Source of the DNA: Diplonema japonicum | Taxonomy: Eukaryota > Protista > Euglenozoa: Diplonemea | Length of the DNA stretch: 64,000 nucleotides | Direction of reading: 5' to 3' | Assembly: GCA_964019335.1 (NCBI GenBank) | Contig: OZ025730.1 | Location: 368,612 to 432,611, forward strand | Part shown: positions 1 to 11,377 of the stretch, piece after piece | Numbering within the stretch: position 1 is the stretch's first letter | Layout: every line of letters starts with the position of its first letter | Notes under the pieces: model-generated | Told to the model about the DNA's origin: nothing | Seen by the model: the letters and a program-made list of their open reading frames with translations, nothing else | Databases searched by the model: none | Program-made: the position numbers and the translations under genes

Positions 1-158
1 GAAAAAAATAGAACAAAAAAAGGAAATCTACACACACGGGGGAGAGGAATGGGATCTAAAGAAAAAAAAATTGTACAATTTTATTTTCCCCCCAAAAGGG
101 AGTGAAAGGGAGAACAGATACAACAAGGTGGAGTAGGGGTCAGGGGTGGGGAGTGTAA

Positions 159-2868
159 CTAACGCCCGGTGTGAGTTTGAAAAGAGCGGTGTTCGGATCT
201 GAGCCTGGCTTCTTCTTCTTCAAGGCTGATCCTCTGCTGCCTCAGGCGGATCTCTTGGTCGATGAGTGGCTGCTCCTTTTCTTCATCGTTGTCGCGCTTC
301 AAGTTGTGCGACGCGTTTGCATCACATAGCTCCCTGTACTCTGTTTTCTTCATGTTCAGAACACCCTCCGACTCGGAGAGCCTCTCCTGCAGCACTGCTA
401 CCCTATCCAGAGACATCCTCAGCTCTTGGTCTTCTTCTTCCAGCTTCAACGTTTGCTTGTTCACTTCGTCACGGCTCTGTTTAATTGTTAAACTATGTTT
501 GTTTCCATACTCTTAGATGAGCAACGCCGCATTCTTCCTCTCTCGTTTGTGCAGTGGCAAGCGCCTGGGAGTGGGAAAGGTAAATATTCGTAGACATTCT
601 TCCCCCCCAACTAGACTATACCTGTTCGGAAACGGACAGCCTGTCCAAGGCGAGCTGGCTCTCATTCTTCGCGTTGTCAACGACCTGCGCCGCATCATCG
701 AGTTCCCTGTTCTTGGTGTCCACCTCGTGGTAGCTCTGCTCTTCCCTGTCCCTCTGCATCTGCACCACAAGTTGCTGCTCTTCGACCATCTTACGCAGCT
801 CTTCGAGACGTCGCTCCGCCGCTTTTGTCTCTTCGGACAACTGCTGAGCACGGAAGGTGGCATCGTCAACCCTAGCAAGGGCTTCGGCGTGCATGTTTTG
901 CTGCTTGCTCTGTGCTTCCTGGGTGTGTGCCAACTCTGCAGCTCTCTGGTTCACTGTCCCTCTTGCCCTTTCTGTTTCCTGCCTTGAAGCATCCAGCACC
1001 GCTCTTGAGTCCCTTTCGCCTGTCTTTGCAACGTCAAGCTCAGACTTCTGATTGTCAACTACTTGTTGAACATTAGCAGTCTGCCTGTCGGCTTCATTCA
1101 CTGCACACTGATCCTTGTGCACTCCTTCTTCCATCTCACCCAACACGCTCTTAAACACCTCACAGTCTGCCTTTTGTTCCTCGTCGATGGTATAGTCTCT
1201 GATCCTCACATACATGGCTTCGATCATCGTGGGGTACAGCTCGGCGAATCTCTCCCATTCGCCAAAGCTTAACAAATCGTCCTGTGGCAGTGTGTTATTC
1301 GAAATTGTTGAAGTTTTAACCCTTCAGATCCGAAAAGTGACCCTGCCTTCGTCTCCGGAGGGGTTCTCGGGGGTTACACAGGGGAAAATCAAAAAAAAAA
1401 GAAGAAGAAAAAAAAAATGTCCAAGGTTCACTGACTTTTTCCCCCAGAAATTCATATGACACTCGTTGGGCCCCGGTGGTTTGAATCCATTCCAGCCCGA
1501 GAAAAGGGAATTGGAAATTTTACTAGGATGTCATTTTGCGGGCGGTGATCAGACACGGATCTGAAGCTCAAACTCGTTTAAAAAATTGTCGAAATTAATC
1601 TCGATCTTGGCCTGATATGACACTCACACTGCCTATGGTCAGAAAGAGTCCATCAGACACACAATAGAAACTCTTCCTTGTGCAACAGGGTTCCAAGGAC
1701 AGGAATAGGGCAACCACGTGCCTGGTGGACAACTTTTGTATCAGGGGACTGGGTGAGTTCTTAATACAGTAATGTAATGCTTTGAATTGATGGAATTAAA
1801 AAAATGACCCTAGACGGAATCGAACCGCCGTTATTGGATTTGGAATCCAAAGTGCTACCGCTACACCATAGGGCCAACGTGAAAGATTTCACGGTCTAAA
1901 ATGTGCCTGTGGCCTTGTGATTTCAGATCGCCTGCATCTTGTCAAGCCAAACAGTCAGGTGATTTTAGTTTCAGGTGTCAAGTGTTGTTATTGTTAAACA
2001 GTCACACCTGGTTGGCATCAGCCTGCTGGAATAGCTTTGTGATGGTGAGAGGTTCAATGTTGACACGCGTCTTAAGGAAGAGTTGTCTGAATGAGTCGTC
2101 GTCGACTTGGGGCTTCTCGCCAAGCATGTTAGTGTAGATGAGAGTCAATTTCTCGCCGTGGGTGAGGGACTGCTGGACAGGAGCAAGGTGAACAGAAGCA
2201 GAAGACCCTGCACGGTGTGGAGAGAGGGACTTCTTCGAAATGCCCGCGGCGAGGGATGAAGCGCGGACAGAGTGGGCCGGGGATGCCAACCTGTGTGCAG
2301 TTGCGGAACCTGCCATAGGGGAGTGATGACGAACAGGAGACTTCGGGTGGGAATTGCTCAGCCTTGCTTCGCGTTTAGGGCTCACTGCAGGGCTTGCAGC
2401 CCTACTCTGCAAGGGCCTCTTGTAAGGAGACCCCAATCTGCTCCTTGTAGGCGTCCCAATTGACCTGACGGTTCTCACAGGACTCGAAGTCCTGCAGAGA
2501 CCCGCGGGCACAACATTGACAGGGGCAGCGAACTGAGGAGGGATTGGAGATGGTCTAGTGGGAGACGGTATCGGTCCTTGACTCTCTTTGTTCCAAGAAT
2601 CCTTCTGGAACAGGTAAATCTGGCAGTAGTCTCTCAGTTGGGAAGCTGACTTCAACTCAACCCACTTCCCAACGGGGTCGAATAGCTGCACGTAGTGTAG
2701 GTTGAAGCTTCCTGCAGGGACGCCAGGCCGCTTCCTTGCAGCAATCTCATCATTGAAAACTCCCACAGCACGGGCCTTGAGCTCACCAAGCGACGGTACG
2801 TGTGTGAACTCTAGTTCCCTGTTAATCTTCGAGCCAAACAGCTCCGCTGCTGCCAATATAACCACCAT
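159..2868 (-). CDS. BILBO1: BILBO1-like flagellar pocket collar protein (ubiquitin-like NTD, EF-hand, coiled coil); spliced: 2868-2008, 1281-622, 564-511, 476-159
   Basis: N-terminus (AAELFGSKINRELEF...KWVELKSASQLRDYCQIYLFQ...WNKESQGPIP) resembles the trypanosome BILBO1 NTD. GT-AG introns 1282-2007, 565-621 and 477-510 keep the frame and rebuild the EF-hand ADANQ|DDLLSFGEW. Confidence 0.85.
1805..1875 (-). tRNA. tRNA-Trp(CCA), inside BILBO1 intron 1
   Basis: Cloverleaf with acceptor GGCCCTA/TAGGGTC, anticodon arm TTGGA-TTCCAAA-TCCAA, T-loop TTCGATT and a downstream oligo-T terminator. Confidence 0.9.
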
Positions 2869-3071
2869 TTTTTCAGTGAGTGCCCTTCCTGTTCATGTGA
2901 AGAATAAAAGTATTATCACAGAAAAGTGTAAAAGGTTCGTGTGGTATTTACACTCACAAGAAATAAAAATGGATGAAAAAGCGGGAGAGAAAAGATATAT
3001 TACAGTGCGCAAGTAAGAACAAGGCCGTGGGGGGAAAAAAGCAATACATGAATATCTTTTTATCTTCTTTT

Positions 3072-4165
3072 CTAGGCTTGCGAAGTGGTTGATGTTGATG
3101 TAGTTGTGGTTTGCGCTTGGTTACCGATGGTGATGGAGGAATAGCTCGACCAGTCTTGCTGCAATAAAAAGATTTCTTCTTCTTCTTTGTTTTGTTCAAT
3201 TACATACCTCAGGATATGCCTCGTAGCAGCTGCAAGACGTGTCGGATACAAAACCAAGGTGTGAGCACAGTTCCGAACCGTTGTCGAAAATATCACCAAA
3301 CGTCCTCTCCAAGTGATCATAAATTGTGTTTCCACACACTTTCATGATAGTGTCGCACATCTGCGAGCACACTCTGATCTTGTTGTCTCGGTAGAACAAG
3401 GCTTGATCCGGCGAGCAAACCCAGCACGCAAGAGAGTCGAGCAACGAGCTGCACGAACCTGAAATGAACCGGTCGCCGCTTATGAGTTCTTGCAGCTTTT
3501 TCTGCTGCGTAGCTAGCGCGGCAGGTCGGTCGCAGCATGACAGACTGGAAAACTGTTCGCAAGCCCGCAGGTACGGTTCAGGCTTTGGAGTTTTCCCCCC
3601 AAAATATGTGCACCTCCTCCCGTTGCTGAATGTGGTCAAAATGGCCTCGTCGCCCTGACAAGGGGTAATGCTGGTGAGTGTTGGGTAATAGTTGAGCCCC
3701 ACGTTGCCCAGCATTGAGGAGAGGGATATGATGAAAAGCACCGGGACAACAACGAAGAGGGCAGCAAGGCACTTGTCTTTCCCAGTTCGCTCATCCTTTT
3801 TCTTAAGCACGGGATCGCGTCTTTGTCTCTCTATGTTTCTCCAACTGGTGTCGTAACTTGTGGCGTGATTCAGCCCCAAACCCAAGCAAAAACAGCAGAA
3901 GGCTAGGCCTAAGGCCGTTGTCAGCAAACCCTCCACCACGTTTGCATCGTGTCTATCCTGGTCTTTGTTCACCTTATCAAAGTACACGCTGCCTGTTATC
4001 AAGAAAAGCGATATTAGTGCACACCAACCCAACATAAACTGTAAAACAAAAGTTTCTTTTTTTTTTTTTATTGCATGCCTGTATTCTTGTTGTCTGTTCA
4101 GGTGACATTGTTGGTCCAACCACCTGCTTTTCATCTTCGCTTTGCGAGCGTTCTTCATCCATCAT
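3072..4165 (-). CDS. Membrane protein with ~3 TM helices and a Cys-rich folate-receptor/NPC1-like domain; spliced 4165-4079, 4038-3208, 3158-3072
   Basis: Hydrophobic segments plus CEQFSSLSCCD...CSSLLDSLACWVCSP...VCSQMCDTIMKVC. A 40-nt GC-AG intron and a 49-nt GT-AG intron preserve the frame. Confidence 0.65.
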
Positions 4166-4385
4166 TTATTCCTCTTTTTTTCGTATTCGTGTATAATGGG
4201 GTGGGGAGGTCAATGGTTCCAATCCCCTGAGAATATTGATATTTTTATCTTACCCACGTTGACATAACAAAAGAAGATGAAGACGAAGAAAATTGATTCC
4301 ACTTTTTTTCCACCCCCTTCTTTTTTTTGTGAAATTCTATTGACAATGGAGTGAATGAGAGGATGTCCACGTGGGAGAAAAAAAG

Positions 4386-4458
4386 TACCCCGTGAGGGAT
4401 TCGAACCCTCAACCTTTGGATTAGAAGTCCAACGCGCTATCCGTTGCGCCAACGGGGC
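4386..4458 (-). tRNA. tRNA-Arg(TCT)
   Basis: GCCCCGT acceptor 5' strand, anticodon arm TTGGA-CTTCTAA-TCCAA, T-loop TTCGAAT, followed by a T-run terminator. Confidence 0.95.
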
Positions 4459-4957
4459 TGACGATCGAAGCCCCGTCTCGATTCCGGTTTTTTACTATTA
4501 CATGGGGATTTCAGTTTGCAACAATGAAGACTGATTCGGATGTGGTGTTTGTAAAACAAAGGAAAGGGTGGGGAAGACAAACACAACTGTACAAGCATCA
4601 GGAAACATCGTTCAAATGCGAAACTCGGTCTTGCATTTTGGACTACAGGCCGCCATTGCACAATTAAGAAACGAAAAAGTTGTCTTTCGCCGCAAAACTT
4701 GATGACAAGAAAAGAGGTGAAATAAAAAAAAAAGGGGGGGGGGATGAACTATAAATACGACTTTCCGACTTTTTCCTCCAACTCTGCCCATTCCCTGCAG
4801 TGGGGAAAAAAAGGGAAAGAGCGAGGGAGAAACAAAAATAGGAAAAAAGAGGAGGAACAAAGGGAAAGGAGTGGACTAAATTATTACAGGTGCATGTGTG
4901 GGTAAACAAAGAAAAATCTATTAGAGGGAAGAGGAGGAGGAGGGGATTACTTCTTTC

Positions 4958-5868
4958 TTATGGACTTGTTGGGTAACCTCTACTGCTCCTGCCCATGTAC
5001 GAATGATGCCTTCGTCGGGTGCCACCTGCAGCAGAGCCGGAAAGGCGGGAAGAGGCGTATTTACCATGCTTGCTGCTTAAGGGGATATCCGCAGGCTTAG
5101 GGGTGGGTGTGACATGAAGACGGAGGAGCGCGTGGCCTGGGCGGAAAACATCGAGGTATAGAGAGGGGAACCCAGCCCCTGGAGTGGTCGGACAGGCAGA
5201 GAGGAGGGTATTTTTAAGGTCTCTCTTGGTGATCAGTTGCACTCCGTTCACTCTTCTGATGTAGTCCCCAGCCCTCACCCCCCCAAGGGCAGCAGGGGAA
5301 TCCTGCGTGACTTTCAGAACTTTAAGTCCGTCTGTACCTGACCACCTGTCCACGGTGATCTCAACCCCCAGAAAGGGAGGGTTCCCGCTTACAGTGGACG
5401 AGCTTGTTGCGGTGTTTGTGAAACTCGGTGTGACTGGAGTCCGAACATCAGTTTTCGAATCGTTTGACGACACTTTTTCGTCCTCTTCAATCCGCGAGAA
5501 GGTAATGGGGGCCCCTGCTGTCCAAGTGGCCGTCGGGTCCTCAGTGCGAGGAGTGTCACACTGTTTGGACCATAAGGCAATGTCAAGGACAACTTTTCCT
5601 GCCCGCTGCACATGCTCACGGAGTTTCCTCCCTTCAAGTGAGGGACCCTTCTTCCTTTCCATGCCAGATACACCCAAGCTCCCAGAGATGCTTGTTTGCT
5701 GTGGTTTTTTTCTTTTCTTTGTTCCCCCCTTTTCTTGTTCCATACCAGCCGAGGAGACGCCGAGATGCCGAGTCCGGGGTACCCACGCAGCAGGGACAAC
5801 GACGAGCCTCCAATAGCACCCTGCAAGGGAGGAACTCTAGTGATAGATACTCGTCCTGATCTCGGCAT
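4958..5868 (-). CDS. PDZ-domain protein; spliced 5868-5746, 5698-4958
   Basis: FLGVEI...GLKVLKVTQDSPAALGGVRAGDYIRRVNG PDZ signature; a phase-0 GT-AG intron at 5699-5745 joins two ORFs. Confidence 0.7.
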
Positions 5869-6025
5869 TTTTCGTTCGTTCGTGAGGAGGGGTTTTAAAG
5901 GGTGTTAATATGTACAGACCCTCCTGTGTGTTATGAAAGGTGCAACAAGAAAAGGGGGAGGGGAACACCAGGGAAAAAGAACAGAAACAATAGGTTAGGA
6001 GAGTTCTCTTTTTTTTTCCCCGCTA

Positions 6026-9000
6026 CTATTCTCTCAAAAGGTTTTGAAGAACGCTTTGCACGTTGGTAATGGGGCCCGGAGGGGGCATGCCCTCGAGGAG
6101 GGTTTCGTCTTCGCTCATGGGGCAGCCGCTGTAGCCTTTTTGTACAGATTGTTTGAAAGGGAAGATGGGATCGTGAGCGAACAGCGTACGAAGGTGTTCT
6201 CCCCATTCTTTTCCGCTGAGTTCGACCCAAGCTTGTCCGAACTTTTTGTAAAGTTCACAAAGGTCTGTTTTCGCAGTGGGGAGGTTGACACAGCGCGACG
6301 TTCCACCGAAAAGCAACGCGACAAGGTACCGAGCCGCATAGTCAACAGGCGTAGCATACAAGTCGTGACAATCAGGATTGATGCGGTACTTCTTGCTCAC
6401 AATAGTGGATCGGATTGCACGGATGCACCAGTCCTGCGTGTTGCAAGCTCCGGACAACGCGCACGGGGCAAGCAGGCCTGGCCTAACTATGGCAGACGAA
6501 GCCCTCGAGTTTGCAACCATCTTCTCAGAGACACGTTTAGTGGTTGTGTATCCACTAGTATCGCCGGCTTCTAAGACGCTGATGCTAGACACAAAGACAA
6601 GTCGCTTCTCCCTCGAGATCTTCAAGACCTCTCTTGTCCCGCCACAATTTGTTTCCTTGAGCTGGGCGTAGTTTTTTACGTGGTTCACCTCAGCAGCACA
6701 GTGCACCACTGCATCGCAAGCATCCACCACCTTGTCGGCCACCCCTAGGTTCTCCTCTTTCAAATCACCATGGACCCATGTCACCTTGCCTTTGACCCTT
6801 TCCTTGCCCTTCTCAGCACTTCTCGACACTGCAAATATCTTTTTTACCCTCTCATCATCCTCAAGCGCCTTCACGATGGCTGCCCCGTAGAACCCAGTGC
6901 CTCCTGTAACTAAAACCGTGCATTTTCCATTTAGAATGGGTGGTGGGTTGTCTACTGTCTCTTTCTGTACTCCGTCAAGCCATTTATGCACCTCATCTTC
7001 CTCCCTCACGGTATTGTGCTTGTCAGCGACTCCGCTTTCGTTCTCTTTTAGCGCATTAAGAAACTCTCGCAACGAGGCACCCCCCAACAGAAGAGTGATG
7101 GGGATGTCCTGTTTTCTGAGATCTTTAACTAGTAGCTGCGTCTGTATGGCAGTGATCGATGACCACGGGACAGCCTCCCATTCCTCGGACTCCTTATCGG
7201 TCGGGTCGGTTTGTAGGCATATTAATTTCGAAAGCGTTGCGAGAAGCTGTGTCTGTGTCGGGTCCTCGGAGGTTTCCATCTTCTTCAAGACGGTGTCGTA
7301 GCGCTCGCGGATTTTGCGGCGGCAGAGCTTTGAAGTGTCGGTGAGCGGGAGAGGCTCGGTGCTGCTGACGAGGTGGATTTTCTGAGGGATCTCGCATTGA
7401 CGAAGCTTGTGGTTTTGCGCTATTTTTTGAAAATCTGACAGCACATCAATTTCATCTCCGTGCACACCGCCACCAACCACGGCAATGCACACCACAGCGT
7501 CCATGTGGGAGTTGCCGTGGATGAAGCACTGCTTAATGAGGTGCGACTTCATCAGGACGTTCTCAATGGTCTCCGGCGAACACCACTCGCCGTTGGCCAG
7601 CTTGAAGATGGAGCTCTCTCTATCGATGACACGTATCTCAGTCGGCTTCTTGCTCTCGTCCACCTCCACAATGTCCCCCGTGCGGTAGTACCCATCCTTC
7701 GTGAACATCGCGGTCGTTATGTTTGTGTTGAGGTACCCAGAGAACATCGTTGGTGTTATGACACACAGTTCGCCCTTCGGGTACGGTTTCGTGGCTGTCT
7801 GGTTGTAAAGCTTGTACTTGATACCGTTAAGCAGCGGGGACCAGCCGTCTTGCGAAGTTTTCCCGAAGGTGATAGGGCCCGTCTCTGTTGCCGCGTAGTT
7901 CTCGGTCACGTAGCATGACGGGAAGATTTTTTTGAGCCACTGCATGACATCTCTGTTCGGCCGTGCACCGCCGCAGTTTAGAGACCTAATGCGGTGGCCC
8001 AGCATCTTTCGATACTTTTCGTTGTTCTCTTCTTCGTTCTCCGACGTTGTCTCCGCCTCATACGCCTTGTACAGAATACCCCAGATCTGCGGGACCAGGC
8101 CCAGCGAGGTTGGCGCGACCTCTTTGTAAATCTCGAAACCATTTTGAGACGCATTTGTGACGGCCAACCTCCCGCCTCGCAGCATAACTGTGAGGAGCGT
8201 GTACGGGGTTGACGACACCGAAATGGGGCTGTTCAGGATGGAGACGGACGTGAATCCAGTAGGGGAGTACGTCCCTGTGATCGAAACCTCTTTTAGGAAG
8301 GTTTCCTCTTGAATGACCGCACCCTTTGCCATGCCCGACGATCCAGAGGTGTACAGCACAAAGGTCGCCGTTTCTCTTGTTTTCTTGCACTGCAGACACC
8401 GGTCGTAGTCACAGATGACGCACGCATACATCACGCCTTCGATGCAGTCGTTGCACTCGTTGCACACCAGGTCCCTTTCGACTGCAGAGCTCCGCAGCAT
8501 CGGATGCCCTGCAGGGCAGATCCCACTCTCGCAGCACTGCTTGCAGATATCGAAATCGCAGTCGTGGCACCCCATCTCCGAGAACTGCATCGCCGTGTCG
8601 CATAAATCGCACTTGAAATATACCTGATACCCGGGCTCCTGCACCTCTGGGGGAGGTATTCGGTGCAAAAGCCTGTGTCCGTTGGGGCAACGGCTCTCCA
8701 GAGTCCTCCCTCCTCCTTTGGACACCAATGTTAATCGGAAGTTCTCGCCCACGATCTCATTGGCCGTCAGCATTCCTTGGAGGACCCTATCACCGAGAAT
8801 GAGCGTGGCTTGTGTGTTGTCTGCCGAGATTTCAAACGTGCATGCCTTCAGGGTCTTCTCATGCAGGTATCTACCAGTTCCTGTGAGGTGTGAGACACGG
8901 ACCAGCAGCGTGCTGTTGTCGAGGACTCCGACGTAGGCCTTCTCAGGGTCGTGCAGCGGTTTGCACGATAGGCAGTATGCTGCAGAGCAACACGGGCATG

Positions 9001-9811
9001 CCCAGCGGAGCTCCATGCTCACTACTCCGCACTGGTGACATTTCCACCCGTTCGAAGGAGATGTGTCGATGAGCGACATGAAGGTCTTGTTTGAGCGCGA
9101 GTGCAGTGCAGGGCACGGTGGGTTGGCTGTGATGAGACCCTTCTGGGTGTCTGCAGGCGAGTCCTCGATGAAGAGACGTGCGTCGTCGATGTTCAGAACG
9201 TTCACAGGGATCGATTGCTGGACAGCTTCGGAAGTCAAAAACGCAAAGACCTCAGGAACAGAGGTGATGACAGCCCCGATGGGCCCCTTCGTCTGCAGCT
9301 CTGCTAGGATGGTCGCGTAGTCGGCAAGCTTGAAGTTCATCGATAACGGTACGGCAGTCAGACCCAACACCATGCAGGCCAGCAGGATAACTATGTAGTT
9401 CAGGGAGTTCTCGGCAACCACGCAGATAAAGGCATGCGCAGGGCAGCTCGCCCCTAGGTAGTACCCCAACGTCTTCAGCTTCCTGTTGATATCCCCGAAG
9501 GAGTACCATATCCACTCCGTGTCCTCTTTCACTCCCAAGCAGGGCCGCATGGCGTACTCCCTCAGCATTTCTAATATGATTCTCGACAGGCTCTTTCCCT
9601 TGAGGCTGATCCTGCCACGGTCATCCGGATCGACCCCTTCGTCCACCACTTCTTCAGACGGCACCTTTTCCCATATTTTCCTCTCCCGCGGGTCATACAC
9701 GTCAACACATTCCTTACCCGCTGCGGTGTACGGCTCGCTTACCACGATGCCCTGGAAGCCTTCTCGGTTCTTGAACTCTTTCACGAGACGGTCGTTCTTT
9801 GGCGAGGTCAT
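6026..9811 (-). CDS. Carboxylic-acid-reductase/NRPS-like enzyme (adenylation, carrier, thioester-reductase) with Cys-rich zinc-finger insertions
   Basis: A-domain motifs YTSGSSGMAKG, ENYAATETG and YYRTGD; putative carrier Ser region WSSITAIQ; SDR motifs VTGGTGFYG, HCAAEVNH and GYTTTK. Confidence 0.85.
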   Translation of the reverse strand: MTSPKNDRLVKEFKNREGFQGIVVSEPYTAAGKECVDVYDPRERKIWEKVPSEEVVDEGVDPDDRGRISLKGKSLSRIILEMLREYAMRPCLGVKEDTEWIWYSFGDINRKLKTLGYYLGASCPAHAFICVVAENSLNYIVILLACMVLGLTAVPLSMNFKLADYATILAELQTKGPIGAVITSVPEVFAFLTSEAVQQSIPVNVLNIDDARLFIEDSPADTQKGLITANPPCPALHSRSNKTFMSLIDTSPSNGWKCHQCGVVSMELRWACPCCSAAYCLSCKPLHDPEKAYVGVLDNSTLLVRVSHLTGTGRYLHEKTLKACTFEISADNTQATLILGDRVLQGMLTANEIVGENFRLTLVSKGGGRTLESRCPNGHRLLHRIPPPEVQEPGYQVYFKCDLCDTAMQFSEMGCHDCDFDICKQCCESGICPAGHPMLRSSAVERDLVCNECNDCIEGVMYACVICDYDRCLQCKKTRETATFVLYTSGSSGMAKGAVIQEETFLKEVSITGTYSPTGFTSVSILNSPISVSSTPYTLLTVMLRGGRLAVTNASQNGFEIYKEVAPTSLGLVPQIWGILYKAYEAETTSENEEENNEKYRKMLGHRIRSLNCGGARPNRDVMQWLKKIFPSCYVTENYAATETGPITFGKTSQDGWSPLLNGIKYKLYNQTATKPYPKGELCVITPTMFSGYLNTNITTAMFTKDGYYRTGDIVEVDESKKPTEIRVIDRESSIFKLANGEWCSPETIENVLMKSHLIKQCFIHGNSHMDAVVCIAVVGGGVHGDEIDVLSDFQKIAQNHKLRQCEIPQKIHLVSSTEPLPLTDTSKLCRRKIRERYDTVLKKMETSEDPTQTQLLATLSKLICLQTDPTDKESEEWEAVPWSSITAIQTQLLVKDLRKQDIPITLLLGGASLREFLNALKENESGVADKHNTVREEDEVHKWLDGVQKETVDNPPPILNGKCTVLVTGGTGFYGAAIVKALEDDERVKKIFAVSRSAEKGKERVKGKVTWVHGDLKEENLGVADKVVDACDAVVHCAAEVNHVKNYAQLKETNCGGTREVLKISREKRLVFVSSISVLEAGDTSGYTTTKRVSEKMVANSRASSAIVRPGLLAPCALSGACNTQDWCIRAIRSTIVSKKYRINPDCHDLYATPVDYAARYLVALLFGGTSRCVNLPTAKTDLCELYKKFGQAWVELSGKEWGEHLRTLFAHDPIFPFKQSVQKGYSGCPMSEDETLLEGMPPPGPITNVQSVLQNLLRE

Positions 9812-9917
9812 ATTCTCTCCCTTTCCCCCCCCCCCCCCCCCCACCCTGGTGGGATAGTAAAGGAGCACGGGGGAAAAGGGAGTATGGAAGAAGGAGTATG
9901 TGCCTCCTCGGTGTTAA

Positions 9918-10382
9918 TTAAAGCTCTTCCTCACATGTGGGGACCGCCCCGTTGCTCTTCTCATATATAGTCGTGTCCCTCTGTGGGGTGACTTCTGCAT
10001 CTTCCCCGGACTTCAGTTTTCTGTAATACCACGATGTTTGTGCTTTGCAAGGCCATTGTGTGAAGCCTTGGCTGGCCACTGAGCTGTCAGCCTCTACCCA
10101 GAACAGACAAGGTACGTGATCGTTCTCTTCTGGGCAGGCCAGAGTGGTGGGCTCTCCGCTTGTGAGGCGATATGCCCATGCGTCGTCCAGCATGTCCATT
10201 GTGTCGACGGGGCTCGGCGAGGGTTCGATCCTGTCTGTTTTCCCCTTCTTTGTGGACACCTCTCCTTTGTTGTAGGCGTCGGGTGTTTCCAATATAGGCA
10301 ACCCTGGTATGCCTTGCTTGGGGAGGCGTGCACCCGATGCACACCACACGAAAAGAATCACTGTCGAGCAGAGTGTTCGCAT
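9918..10382 (-). CDS. Small secreted protein, divergent paralogue of the 11554 and 14096 genes
   Basis: Signal peptide; LACPEENDHVPCLFWV matches LTCPPDADNVPCTFYV in the neighbouring genes. Confidence 0.6.
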   Translation of the reverse strand: MRTLCSTVILFVWCASGARLPKQGIPGLPILETPDAYNKGEVSTKKGKTDRIEPSPSPVDTMDMLDDAWAYRLTSGEPTTLACPEENDHVPCLFWVEADSSVASQGFTQWPCKAQTSWYYRKLKSGEDAEVTPQRDTTIYEKSNGAVPTCEEEL

Positions 10383-11340
10383 TTTGTTTGGTGTGTTTTT
10401 TCTTTTGCTTTTCTTTTTCCGTTACCCCCTGTTCTCGTGTCTTCTTTAAGGATACAGGTGAGAGAGGGGTTGGGGGGGGAAAAAGTAAAATTAGAAGCTC
10501 TTCTTCTTCGCTTTCCACAAGTTATGCGTTAGTGCGCACTCCAAGAGAAGAGATAGAAGAAGAGCAAGATGGAGGAAAAGAAAGGGGGTGAACAATGCCG
10601 GGAACTAAAGGACGGCACAAAACTAAAAAAAGAAAATGAAACAGGGAGAGGTCGGGTCTTTTGGAAGATGGGAAACGCAAAAAAGAGAAAAAAAAAAGAA
10701 AAAAAAGAGGGGACAATCAAGTTAGTTCTCTCTCTTCTTTTTTTCTTTTCTTTTTTTTACCTCTCCGCTAAGCAGTTCTTCTTCTTTTTTTTTTTTCTCT
10801 TTTGTTTTGTTGAATCTTCAAACCCTAGAACGAAGGGGCAGGGGTGAAAAAAAATTGATAATTGAGATCCACCAGATACTTTGAGTAAGCTTTTTTTTGA
10901 ATGAAATCAGGTATTTTCTTGTCGCTTTTTTTTTTTTCCCACTCCCCCTTTTTTTTTCCTTTTAAATTTTCCTCCATCTGCTTCATTTCTTTTAGTTTCC
11001 CAAGGGAAACCACGACAGAAAGAAAAAAGGAGGAAAAAAAAGCACAAAAAAAGGGGGGGGGGAGAAGAAAACGAGAACGGGGCAAACCGTGCAGGCAAAG
11101 CAAACAAAATAAATATTAAAAAAAAGGCTCTCTAAGGCACCAGGGATAAAAGGGAAGGGGTCGCACATCAGTAAAAAAAGAAAGAAAAAAAAAAAAAAAT
11201 AGGGAAGTAAATAAAATGAGTGTATAAAGGGTTTTATTTCCTCCCGGCTGCCAACTCCTCTCCAATTACTTCTTTCAATTTTTTCCCTCTCATTGACCCT
11301 ATCTAAAGAGTAAACGGAGAAAGAAAAAAAAGGAAAACCT

Positions 11341-11377
<37 letters not shown>

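Noticed and set aside
1510-1545. TTTTACTAG plus ATTTTG as a possible U5 snRNA loop and Sm site
   Set aside because: No flanking stem around the putative loop 1.
1642-1656. 15-mer GAAAGAGTCCATCAG shared with 46888-46902, both near tRNA genes; looked hammerhead-like
   Set aside because: About one or two exact 15-mer matches are expected by chance in 64 kb, and the CUGAUGA...GAAA core is not present on one strand.
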